Positions 1 to 11,126 are shown, counted from the first letter of the whole stretch. The stretch is DNA of 62,334 bases, filler included, from Platydemus manokwari (GCA_037951405.1; 6 parts of 6 records of this genome joined end to end with filler, not necessarily neighbours in it), one strand, 5' to 3'. Numbers and translations: made by a program. Notes: generated by a model from the letters alone, not told the origin.

Positions 1-97
1 ATAGATTCACCTTTTCAAGAGCTTTTAAATGGTACCAAATGTTGCGTAGCTATGTTATGTTTAAATGATTTGGTAAATCAAAAACTTTAAACAACTA

Positions 98-122
98 AAA
101 AACATGAATAACTTTTGACTCA
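98..122. repeat. Dispersed repeat fragment truncating the Gypsy element
   Basis: AAAAACATGAATAACTTTTGACTCA matches the reverse complement of ~43425-43449. Confidence 0.6.
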
Positions 123-125
123 GCC

Positions 126-480
126 TAATATATCTTCGTTTTATCTTTTGGGTACAATCATCTTTGAATGACACGTATGGTTCAAACAAGTAGACACATG
201 ACGACCTTAGGTTATTATATGTAACCTTTTGTCTATGTCTTCCAAATAGACTTTCGCTCTGTTTCTTCCTTCACGTAATAATAACGACATTGACACAAGC
301 GGATTACTATCGCATTCACAATCACTTTGAAATAAAATTCCGGCATCTTCGGGTTCCTTTGTGTTTCATCCTTGGCTTCTGCTACCAGTATCAGTGCTAA
401 TATACACAATGGCATCCAAAACCATTTGTTTAACTTCACTTCGTACCTGTAGTTACTGTTGCTACTGTTCTTGTCCTGGA
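126..480 (-). pseudogene. Post-integrase ORF remnant with a signal-peptide-like N-terminus (possible second envelope/secreted protein)
   Basis: KWFWMPLCILALILVAEA|KDETQRNPKMPEFYFKVIVNAIVI follows the integrase end. A shifted frame continues to ...DDCTQKIKRRYI before truncation. Confidence 0.45.
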
Positions 481-514
481 AAGTAGCGCATGTTGGCTAG
501 GTTCTATCTCTGTT

Positions 515-1215
515 ATTCATTTGTATCTATTTGCATGGACTTTCAACTGTCCAGCCTGTTCTTTTCTTTTTAACTCTAAATTAGTAGGCGTCACTAACTT
601 CACAGTGTACAACCCTTTAAATGTTCTCTGCAACTTTTGAGAGAGTCCTTTTGCTAGTTGATGGGTATCTACTAATACCCGTTCCTCTACCTTAAACTGG
701 TGAGGCTTTGCCTTTTTATCGTATGCTTCTTTATAGCTCTTCTAATTATACTTAATTTGTAATCCGGCCCTCTTCCAAGTTATCGGCATTCTCTCCTGCA
801 TCTCTGTTCTGTAAATCCTTTCCTATATCTGTCAGTATTTTTCTTGGTCATCCATACAGGAAAACTATCTCTTCCACGAATATCTGGGCAATCTTTTCTG
901 CTTTATGGTTTGGAATCTCGAAAGCTTCCGGCCAACGCGTGAGATAATCGCAAAATACTAAAATATATCGGTTTCCTTTAGTTTTCTCTGACAATTGTCC
1001 CATAGTACACATTGCTGTGAATTCCATTAATTTTGAAATTATGTCTATTGGCTGTAGTGGCAATCTTGTCTTGGTTCCTTTATTTCTTCGTGTTCTACAT
1101 ATTTCGCATGTCTCGAACAATTTTCTAACACCAATAATTCCTTTTCAGCCTCTGAAACGTCTTTCTTGCTGATAGATTCTCTCCTAGAGTTCCATCATGT
1201 TACTGTAGCAACAAC
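515..1215 (-). pseudogene. pol: Integrase (H2C2, partial core, GPY/F C-terminal region), internally deleted
   Basis: HDGTLGENLSARKTFQRLKRNYW...CEIC; GNRYILVFCDYLTRWPEAF; FKVEERVLV...KKLQRTFKGLYTV...VHANR. Confidence 0.92.
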
Positions 1216-1554
1216 GCATCTTGTTCGGCTTTTGGAATTACAAATAACTACCCTCTATTGTCCTTGTATTTTGATACCTCATTCTTCATTACATAATTTG
1301 TTCCATGGGTTCTCAAGTAAATTTTCTTTCTACACACTTTATTTGCTGTTTAATTCTCTTCTCTTCTAATTGTCTTTCTTTGAATGCTATCTCCGCGGCG
1401 ACTGCTTCTTCGGCATCACTTACATTTATTTCTGTGTATACACTATTTGTATATTTCTGCGAATACACTATTTTCTACTGTCATCGTCAAGGTTTTTCAT
1501 GTTTGTAATGGGCATTTTCTAATTATTCTTTGTTCTCTACTTCTTCTTGAGGCA

Positions 1555-1900
1555 TCCTCGACAGAGCGTCTGCATTAGATTTTGCTCTTCCTGTTCAGTA
1601 TTTGATCTCAATGACAAATTCCTGCAGTATCAAAGCCCAACGAATCAGCTATTGGCCTATTCTCTATGCTTCAATAACCATTGTAATGTTCTATGATCTG
1701 TACAGAGAATTATTTTTCTTCCCCATAAATAATGTCGAAACCTCTTGACAGCAAATGCTATTGCTAAAGCTTCTTTTCCTATTGTCGCATAATTCTTTTC
1801 ATGCTTCTTTAAACCTGTACTTCCGTAGGCTATAGTATCTGTCATGAGCAAAAATGGTTTATTCATGTCCGGGGATCGTAAAAGCGGTTCCTTTATTAAA
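1555..1900 (-). pseudogene. pol: RNase H (Ty3/Gypsy type), disrupted
   Basis: PFLLMTD, KNYATIGKEALAIAFAVKRFRHYLWG, CTDHRTLQWL, NADALSR. Confidence 0.93.
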
Positions 1901-1999
1901 CATTCGTCTTGCTCGAAAATGATATCATTCAATTTCTTCTTTGAAGCCTTCTTTGGCTTTTCGTTTATCTCCTCAGAGCATATCATATAATGCGTCTAC

Positions 2000-2822
2000 T
2001 ATTCAGGTATAATTTTTAATAAATCTCTTGTCGTATCCTGCTTGTCCTAAAAATTCCCTAACTTCTTTAATATTTGTCGGCACTGGATACTTCTGTACTT
2101 TTGCTACATTGTTCGGGTCTGGCTTAATTCCATTTCTAGAGACAACGTGTTCAACGTATGTCACTTCTGGTTTAGCCCAATCACGGTTTGGTAGGTTTAA
2201 TTTTTAAGCCTGCTCAACTTTATCTTTTTAGGACACTCACTATGTCTTCGATATGCTTGTCCACATCTTCTGAAAAGATAATTATATCATCTAGATATAC
2301 TATTTCATGAGATATATCCATCAATAAGATGTTCATCATTCTTTGAAATTTAGCAGATGCTCCTGTTAATCCAAAAGCCATCTTATGAAATTCATATAGT
2401 CCTTTGGTCGTTGTCTAGGCTGTAATTTCCCTGCTTTCCTCTTCCATTTCTACTTGGTGATATCCTTTTTGCAGATCTATGACTGAAAATATCACTGCTC
2501 TCTTTTATCTGTCAAACATCATGTCAATTACTGGTAAACGGAACGTATCTTTTCTAGTCACTTCGTTAACCTTCCCATAATCTATACAAAATCTTTGAGT
2601 TCCATCTTACTTCTTTTCTAATATAAAAGGTGATCTCCATGGTGATGAACTCTCTTTTATAGTTTCATTACTTAACATTTCTTGGAGCTGTTTATCCACT
2701 TCTCCTTCTAAAGCACATGACACTCGATATGGTCGCTGTCTGATCGGCGTCGTATATGTTAATATAATCTTTTGTTTCAATATAGTACATTTCCCTAAAT
2801 CGTACTTGTTTTTATCAAACAC
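2000..2822 (-). pseudogene. pol: Reverse transcriptase (Ty3/Gypsy type), disrupted
   Basis: PIRQRPYRV, ESSSPWRSP, DGTQRFCIDY, IDLQKGYHQV, GLYEFHKMAFGL, FQRMM, VYLDDIIIFS (~2275-2300). Confidence 0.95.
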
Positions 2823-3234
2823 ATCATGATACTTCCTAATTTCGTTTAGTAACTTTTTCTACAAGTTTTCATTGAACATCTGGATTTCGATTGTAATTGG
2901 CTTATAACTCACGACTTCGCTAATGTTTCCAATGACCGTTTCTAATTCCAGGGTGACAATTTCTTCATCCTCATGTCTAGCTTGAGTCTTCTAGTTCTTT
3001 CTTCAAAGTTCGTTATACGAATGGGTATTTTTCCATTCTTAATTTGCACTTCTTGATCCTGAACATTAAACTCCTTGGCCATTCATTCGTTTGGTTCAAG
3101 CAACATTGGCTCTGATCCTTGTATGTCTGTCTGCGCAAAGCATACTACTACCGATCGTTCTGCTATTATCACTGTTCCTGTCACATATGCTTCATCTTGT
3201 TTTCTTTTCCTCGTTTCCTTTTCATTGCGATTTA

Positions 3235-3520
3235 GTTTCCGGTGGCCAAATCAAACACCACTCCGTCCATTTGTCCTAAGATATCCATTCCTATTATTAC
3301 TTCGAGAGGGCAATTTTTCATTACTCTCAATTCATGAGTGAACTTGTATTCACTTACTTGCACTTTGCATAAGATTTTGCATTCAAATGCAATTTTCTCT
3401 CCTGTAACGGTTCTAGGTAACCCTACTCCCGTGAGTAGCTCTAACTCTTCCTTAGTTCACAATTTATGTGAGATAATTGATACATCTGTTCTTGAACCAT
3501 TTCGTAGTCATTAACTTTCA
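3235..3520 (-). pseudogene. Retropepsin aspartic protease (degenerate)
   Basis: FFKVKVNDYEM, then (frameshift) GSRTDVSIISHKL as a remnant of DxGAxVSII, and CPLEVIIGMDIL, the I(L/I)GxDxL motif. Confidence 0.75.
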
Positions 3521-3569
3521 CTTTGAAAAAATCTTACTGTGATTTGATTTATGTACCATATTTATTCTG

Positions 3570-5691
3570 TTATCCGGTATTGGAAACCCTGTTCGAGCCC
3601 AACTGTCTGCCAAGTGAGTTTTTGAATTTAGCTTCAATGATTTAGTAATTGAATACTTCTCTTTAAAATTTACTAATTCATTTTTCAGATACAATTGTTC
3701 CAATTCACATGGTGCTGTGGGTTGTTTTGTTTAACATCTGAACGTTTTAGTTACTGAGCTTAATCTTTTTAATGATCCTGATCTGGTTCTGCTTGGATTG
3801 AGTTCTATACCTGATTCGCTATCTATCCTCAGTTGATTTTTCAATAATCCTTCCTCTTCTTTTTCTGTCGAATCCCTGTTATTATCTTAGTAGGTAGCAG
3901 TTTCTGGTTGTCCTGATATATTTAATTTTTCTTTCAATTTTCTTATTTACTGTTGCTTCTCCAGTAACACAAATTTAGCAATGAAAGGTATACACACTAT
4001 CAATGCGTTCCATGTTCATTCTAGTACTTTTATTAGTGGGTATGTCGAAATAATCTGATTCAACAACATAATTATTACAACTTATAAAAGCAAATTCCTA
4101 TAAATGCTGATACCACATTTCCTATGGCTAAAAATCCTCCCCGTGTCCTGTGAAGAAAAGTCATTGCTGGTCTGTTAAATTGGTCTGGTGCTTATAGGTT
4201 CCCGAAGTTCGACTTCTCTTCGCCTCCTTGCAATACTAAATCTACCATTTTGTTCTGACCTCTCTTTCTTGGCTCAATGGAAACATTAAGTTTCTCATGT
4301 CTTGACGGCTTGAAATCTAGTCCTTATTCCAGTCTGATATTTTCTAAATTAACTACCTTTTTTGTTGGTTCCTTGCTTGGCTTTTTATACCATACTCCGT
4401 TAAGAGTATACAGCGGTGCTGACATACCGTTGCACTGCATCGTTTTTGCTTTAACATTCTTATTCACCAGTATCCGAGATATTGCTTTTAAGAGTCTATT
4501 TTACCCATTATAAACAACAGGTAGTTCATTAGTACATTCTTGTTGTGTTCTTAATGGACCGTTATCTCATTTATAACTATATAATGCTTCACCCATTATT
4601 CTAGCAAAAATTCCTTTCTCTGGTAACAACATCGGTGCTATTAACTTTGGATTATTGACTAATATCAAAAACCTATTTCTCAATATTTCTCTATTGAGTC
4701 TACAATCGTTAAGAATCATGTCATAATAAACATTCTTGATCTGATCCTGAATTGTGTGATTCAAATAATCTTACTAATAAATAATATTACAAATAATCTT
4801 ATTACTAACATCGATATTGTTCCTGATATCCGCTTCTCCAACTTTCTTTTCTTGTTTTTGATACTAGTATTCCTGGATTGTTCGTATGGTAGATACTTCT
4901 CTAACATCCTACCGTCTTTTCTTTTCTGATAAATCTCATACCTTCTTTCTTGTTTACGCTGACCAAAGCTATTGGGGCTTCTTCTAGTTCTAATTCTCGT
5001 GTTGCTGTTCCTTCTTTCAGGGTGGCTTTCAAATCCCGAATTGAGTCCTTAATTATTTCTCCTTTTGTTCGGAAGAATTCAGCTGAGCTTATATAAGCTA
5101 ACTGGCATGTCATTGGCCGTAACTCACATACTAAAGTTGCTTGTCCGGTAAAACAACTAGTTACTTTACTAGTGTAGTTCGGATATGATAACATCGCTCC
5201 TAATTTCTCATCAAAAACTTCTTCTACTTCTCTTAACTCGGTTTCATAATCATAGATAGTAACTATATTATATTCATAGTATTTTCCTCTATTAATCGTT
5301 TGTCCAGTTCATAGACCATCACCGTATTTATTACACCTTTTTCTACTGTGAGAGTCGTTTTTTTTAACAATTCTTAACTTTTTTGTTCTTGGTATTATTT
5401 TGGCAGAGACTATTGATGCATGACTGTTATATCCACAATAGTATTCTTATTTAGCTCTCTTTGCTCTTCATTCTCTTACCTTTGCCCTTCTATAGCCAGT
5501 TTCTTGATATGCATGGTATATAACTTTTGTCGTGTTTATCTTCATCGGTCGTGCCTCTAGGCAATCTTCTAAATCCACTAGCGAATATATCTTAGCTGAG
5601 GTTTGTCGAAATCGAATGCTTTTATGGCCGCAGTTCCTGTCCTATTAAATAAACTCATTATCATGATTATTATTAACAATATCATTCGCAT
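3570..5691 (-). pseudogene. env: Envelope-like glycoprotein, chuvirus-type / class III (herpesvirus gB-like) fusogen family
   Basis: Signal peptide MRMILLIIIMIMSLFNRTGTAA; AFD..SLVDLEDC; YYCGYNSHASIV (~5410-5445); DCRLNREILRNRFLILVNNP...GIFARIMGEALYSYK; ECTNELPV...ISRILV...QCNGMSAPLYTLNGVWY; hydrophobic GGFLAIGNVVSAFIGICF / VIIMLLNQII / WNALIVCIPFIAKFVLL (4140-3962); then a hydrophilic tail. Confidence 0.82.
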
Positions 5692-5699
5692 CTGTGCTC

Positions 5700-6660
5700 C
5701 TAATTCTATGTTCGGTGTTTCTCTCACTTTGGATGGTTTGGGTTTGCTCTTCTCTTTGATCAGTCCTTCCCATCCGAAGTGTCTATTCACCCATGGCTCG
5801 ATATATTTTTCCAACAAAGTGGCCATTTTTCCTAGATATTCTTGGTACTTCTGTGGTGCTTTATAGTTACTCCATATAGCTTTCGTATCATGAAGTCTAT
5901 AGATATTTAAGCTTTCTCGCGTCCCATTGCTCCTTGAGCAAAGCTTCTGATGATCTCTTCGTCATCCTCTTTTTCATCTGATATGATGTGTTGAATTTGA
6001 TTTTCTACCCCCACTAATTCAGTCCTCAATTTCCTAAATAACTCATTGTCTATTAGATCTTGTAAGTCTGTTGGTGAGGTTAATTCCGGATGTAGCAATT
6101 ATATGCTTTCTCCAACATGTCCTCTGCATGTGTTGATGCCTCCTGTGGGACCTACGAAATTGATGCTTTAAACCTTTATTTTTGCAACCTTTGTGCAATA
6201 ATGAGCTTCAATTAGCTCATTAAAATGTCCTGCCATATTCAACATTATGTGCATCGGTCTCGTATTCTCTTGGTATGTCCTAGGATATAATCCAAATATT
6301 GCTAATAGCACTTTGATTTCTGGTGCAAATGTACTAAATTCTTGAAGGTGAGTTCTGCTTTTATCTATTAATTCTCTAAACACATGTAGTGGAACTATTA
6401 CCCCAAATACCATCTCATATATCTCTTTTATTTTTGTGTTCGAGGCTGCTTTTGAAATTCCTCAATTAATTCTTCGGGAATTCTTTCCAACTGATCTTTA
6501 TCGTCTAAATCTAAGACGATTATCACTTGTTTACCTTCTTTATTTATTTCTTTAATCAATTTATCCTTTTTCTTCTTATTTTGCCTTGCCAATTGAAGGC
6601 GTAATTCATCTATTTTTGCATAAAGTTTTACTCTCTCATCACCTTGAGATGATACATAAT
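5700..6660 (-). pseudogene. Unknown ~320-aa domain between Gag and glycoprotein (weak SGNH/GDSL-hydrolase-like pattern)
   Basis: Coding-like frames continue from Gag: RVKLYAKIDELRLQL...VIIVLDLDD..., then ORFs 6168-6413, 5907-6098 and 5578-5826. The SGNH resemblance is by eye only. Confidence 0.5.
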
Positions 6661-7990
6661 TGACTCAGGGTCTTCCCAGCGAAGTGTTTTTCCAACCTTG
6701 CCTCTTTTTGATTCTTCACAGACTCTCGCCATGTGTCCTGTTTTTCCGCATTTAAAACATAGAGCGTATCCTATAACATTTACTTTTTCTCTGCCTGGTT
6801 TCTTGAATCAGCAGGTTTCCTCTGAATGTCCTTTCCTCTTGCAGTGTTGACAAACCTTAGTTCGACAATCTTCTGCTTTATGTCCATTAATTCCACAGTT
6901 GGAACATACCGAAACTTTATTGCTCTTCTTTGGAGATCGTCAATCTTTTGCTCGATGTCCTTTTCTATCGCAATTTTAACATCGCAAATCTCTCTGTTTT
7001 GGTAAAGTATGCTTCCTTTTCTGGTTTACTCGAGACTGGGGCAATTGCAGTACTGGTTTTCTTGATGGCAATTTCAACTTTCATTGCTTTATCCCTCATA
7101 TCTTTAAACTCTTTAAATTCCAATACCGTTAATGGTACTCTAATTGCTTCTTGATTGATTTCTTCTTTTACTTCTGCGGACCACAATACTCGCTGTCCAT
7201 GTACTCCTTCAGCGATTCTAAATAATCGGTAATCATATGCACCCACCGTTTCTTTTTTTCTGTCTTATCTGCATTAATTGCTGCTTGCGAAGTCTTCTGA
7301 CGTCGCCAATTCTTAAACTGTTTCTTAATGCCGTAACCAAGTCATTCCAATTTTTCATTTCTGATACTTGATTAAGGCATTCCTAAGTTCAGTAAATGGG
7401 TAGTCTGCAGCACATAGTTTCTGAATTATAACTGTATGCTTTGGCAATTTCATAATTTTCCGCCATAAAATCCTTAAATTCCAAGAGGTCTCCTCCGTAA
7501 GTCTTTACGGGTAATTTTACGCTGATCATCATCCTTGATTGGCACTCAAGGTCATCATAACCATATCTGCTTGGTTTAGAGCTGCTTTTGTCTCCCATTC
7601 TTCGTAAGAATCTTGTTAAGTTTTCTATTTCTAGTGCTACCGAATCTGGTATTTCTCTGTCCTTTCGTTGACTTTTTCAGACAAGTTGTCTCTGTCTTGT
7701 TGTGCTTCCAGTTTGTCTTCTATCTTCTGATGCACTTCGTTTGCCAGAAGACGCCCTTGTCTGTTTAATAATTCTATAAGCTTGTTTCTCTTGAAACTAA
7801 GCCTTCTTGTTTTCTTCTGAGTTTCTTTTCTGTGAACAGATCAGTCTTCGGATAACACTTTCTAATTCAAATCTTTGACTACCTTCTGACGACTCCAAGT
7901 CTTCTAACTGCTTCCTAATTATTTAAAATTGCTTTGGCTTGTTTCTTTTGACTGAGTTCTGTTTTTTCTTTCTTCTAACAATTCTTGTCT
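6661..7990 (-). pseudogene. gag: Gag (capsid-like region plus three CCHC zinc knuckles)
   Basis: Capsid-like 'KLPVKTYGGDLLEFKDF...' at ~7520-7470. Knuckles CSNCGINGHKAEDC, CQHCKRKGHSEETC and CFKCGKTGHMARVC lie in one frame at ~6906-6718. Start position uncertain. Confidence 0.88.
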
Positions 7991-8030
7991 TCTGATATTA
8001 TGACAATCGTCTACTTATTGCCTCCGATTT

Positions 8031-8106
8031 TATAGTGATATTTTGCTAGCAGCACTTGCAGCAAAGTTTCATACTACCGAGTTCACATGCGCAGTCAACT
8101 TCTACA
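8031..8106 (-). repeat. Possible shortened 5' LTR remnant
   Basis: Minus strand begins TGTAG and ends CTATA (one change from CTACA) just upstream of gag. No partner LTR is visible to confirm it. Confidence 0.25.
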
Positions 8107-8732
8107 TTTAGATTGATATCACCCGATATTAATCAATAATTCCTTTTCTGAAAAATTGGGTGGGTATAATTAATTAATACATTAAAACAAATTGTAATTT
8201 CTTAATAATAATTTTAAATTCTTTATTTATTCAAATGATTATTTTGCTTACTAATGATTTAATTTTAAAATTATTTTCTACTTTATTTATTTTAAGTAGA
8301 ATAAATTTATTTTCTTTATCTTTTAACTTATCTTTATTTTTATATTTTTCATTATGGGCTCTTCAATTTAATTACTTTTACATTAGCTCACTTTAGTTTC
8401 CAGTAGTCGTATATTTATTCAATTATTAAATTTGTGTTTAAATATATATTTATCACAATTGATCTTTTGATTTCTACTTTATCTTTTATTGATGAAATGA
8501 GATTTGGATAATATGTCTTATTTTCGAACCAATTTTTTTATCTAATTACCTTTCAAATTGAGGTCTAAAATATTTAAACATTATCCCTACATATTCGGTT
8601 TCTATTTTATTGCTTTGTAGAAATTTTATGTTTAATTTTTTCCCTAAATAAAGGTATTATTTTAATCATTTTTTGTTGGTATAATTATTTTATCATATAG
8701 CTCTTTATTTTTCTTAATAGAAAGTTATCTCA

Positions 8733-8970
8733 ATTGTGGAAGTGGCAATCAATAGGCGAAAGGTCTGGTTGATCAGGGAGTTCCAATTCCAGTGCTTTTA
8801 GTTGTGGCACAGTTATTTGCGCAGTGTGTGGTCTAGCATTATCATGCATAAAGATAGGAGTCGATATATTGAACAATATAGGCTGTTTTTACTTTAATTT
8901 TTTGAATAGATTACAATATACTTCTGCCTTGATCGATAAAGAATGCTTGTTGAAATCATAATGGATAGAA
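8733..8970 (-). mobile_element. mariner transposase fragment
   Basis: IHYDFNKHSLSIKAEVYCNL...PIFMHDNARPHTA...PDLSPIDCHF (HDNARPH and YSPDLAPxD-like motifs). Confidence 0.9.
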
Positions 8971-9289
8971 TTATTGACTAAAAATTTCATTCTCAAGTGC
9001 CTCTACCTAATATTTTTTATATTTCTAAATCTACAAATTTATTATCGTTTATATTTCTAAATTACCTTTTATTACCACCAAAAATGTATTTCCTATCATA
9101 TATTTCATCTATTGAATTAATTATCGTGTTATCCTGTCTAATCAACAAATTCTACATTTTGCCTTTAATATTTTGATTATGATGTTTTTATTTTTCCGCA
9201 GTCATTTATTAGTACAATCAAATTTTTAATCGTTAGCCTCAAATTCAAAATTAAAGAATTAAATTTTCAAAAAATTATATGAAAGGACA

Positions 9290-9389
9290 NNNNNNNNNNN
9301 NNNNNNNNNNNNNNNNNNNNNNNNNNNNNNNNNTTAATTAATTAANNNNNNNNNNNNNNNNNNNNNNNNNNNNNNNNNNNNNNNNNNNN
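9290..9389. other. Artificial contig-join spacer (44N-TTAATTAATTAA-44N)
   Basis: The identical 100-bp structure recurs five times; the linker has stop codons in all six frames. Confidence 0.97.
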
Positions 9390-9436
9390 TTTTTTACTGA
9401 AAACCATAGGTTTAATGTCTTAGTTCTATATATATG

Positions 9437-9442
<6 letters not shown>

Positions 9443-9467
<25 letters not shown>
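9443..9467. repeat. (TG)n microsatellite
   Basis: Direct observation. Confidence 0.95.
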
Positions 9468-11126
9468 TTTACTCTTGGGATTTTGTTATTTTTATTCTTT
9501 TTCTGTCTAAAATTGAATTTTAAGTCGAAATTGATAAATAAAAAAAGTGATTGTAAATAAATTTGGAAAATAAATAATACACCGAAAAGTCATTAAGTGA
9601 AAATTTTGACAAATTTAAGCCGTTTATTTTAATTCGCTATCACAGTTCCAAATAAATGCACACTTTACTCGATGTACTTTTTACATTTTTATGTCAGTCT
9701 TAAAATTATCGTGCTTTATCGTCTTGCTGTGTATGTGAGCTGGATAATTGAATAAGTTTTATTGTTAGTATTATGATCCAGAAGTGTAGTTATTATTTAA
9801 TTTATTGATAAATATATTTATGCCAAATGTCAGATCTGAAGATGTTCGTGGAGAAAATACAGCGAAGTATTTCGAAAGTATGGATAAGATAGTGCTCAAC
9901 TTGGATAGTGAGGACAGCGAATATGAAAAAATACCCATCGTCGTTAGCTAATACACTGCGTGAAAGTAGAAAATAGATCACAATTAAGAAGTATATTCTG
10001 ATAAATAAGGCATAAGAGAGTGAAATTAAGGAAAAAAATGCTTGGCAACAGTTGCCCGGTCTAAAAAATGAATGGAAAGAGAAGAAAAAGATCTGGTGAG
10101 AGAAAAACTTGAGCGTGGATTTGGAAGCCTTATATCAGCATAATTCCCGAAAAAAAAGTCCTGTTTTCAATTATAGAGAGCTATGATTTTGCGATTTTCT
10201 TACTCTTAAACATTTCTACTTGTGATTATGTGACACGTATTTTTTGACTATTTGACTTATAATAGAAAACCTTTAACAACTCAGTATTTTAAACTTGGGT
10301 TTGGTTTAATCAAGATGATAATCCATTTGCTTCAACTAAAATTTAAGTTTCGTTGCAGCAATCGATTCACATAAAAAGATGTCTTTAATTTTACCTGCAG
10401 TTTCGTCTTCATACGAATAACCAATAAGAGCTAAAATAAAACCTATACCATTGTATATATATAGATCAAATATTAAAAAAGGAATGAAATATCTAAAAAT
10501 AATACCTAGTTATGGGAATCAAGTTAAATAATGAATATTTTAAAGTTAAAAATGTTAATATTTCTTGACATCGATTAAATAACATGTTTTATTTTATTTA
10601 AATCTTAAAATTAAAAATTCAGGCAATCCAATTTTATGCAAGTGTTTTTAATATTTATATTAATTTTAAGATATACTTTGCAACCATAACATAATTTTAT
10701 TAACGACGATTTTAAAATTTACCCTAAGCATCATAAAATTACATAATCACATTAATAGTCCGAACTTTTATTCTTTATTTTATTGACTGGAATAATCCTT
10801 TGTTCGACTTGTAAGGATATTCTTTTCAACTAAATGTTTATTGTTTTTGATTAAATAGAATTCCCTATTGTTTTCAATTACTTGGAGATTATTACAAACT
10901 AAATTTCGATCACCACATTGACCTATATTACGTAATTTCGAAAATGAACCATTATATAGTACACACAAAATAATAAAAATGGCTCATCCATACAATTTAG
11001 ACCGATTGCTAATCATCACACAAATCGAAAACAATTTAAAATATTGCAAGAGATTTACAACAAAAAATTAGAATATATATAATTTATTTAACAGCACATT
11101 GTCCAAAGACAATCAAATCTAATTGA

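Larger units (their letters stand above)
126..8106 (-). mobile_element. Decayed Ty3/Gypsy LTR retroelement with an internal envelope-like glycoprotein (gag - X - env - PR - RT - RH - IN - extra ORF)
   Basis: Minus-strand translation shows CCHC knuckles, protease motifs, RT YLDD, RNase H and integrase in Gypsy order (RT-RH-IN), with many stops and frameshifts. Boundaries approximate; the 3' end is interrupted by an unrelated repeat at ~1-125. Confidence 0.92.

Noticed and set aside
3570-5691. Free-standing chuvirus endogenous viral element inserted by chance into a Gypsy copy
   Set aside because: Disfavoured, not excluded: same strand, reading-frame continuity at both ends, similar decay and base composition, and no recognisable chuvirus nucleoprotein or L sequence.
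1166-7154. Plus-strand ORF-track ORFs overlapping the retroelement
   Set aside because: Antisense shadows of the A-rich minus-strand coding sequence (Phe/Leu/Ser-rich, no motifs).
500-7600. Alternative genetic code (in-frame TGA where Trp/Cys is expected in the retroelement)
   Set aside because: TAA/TAG stops and frameshifts are also frequent, and the host SCAMP gene ends in TGA. Ordinary pseudogenisation explains it.
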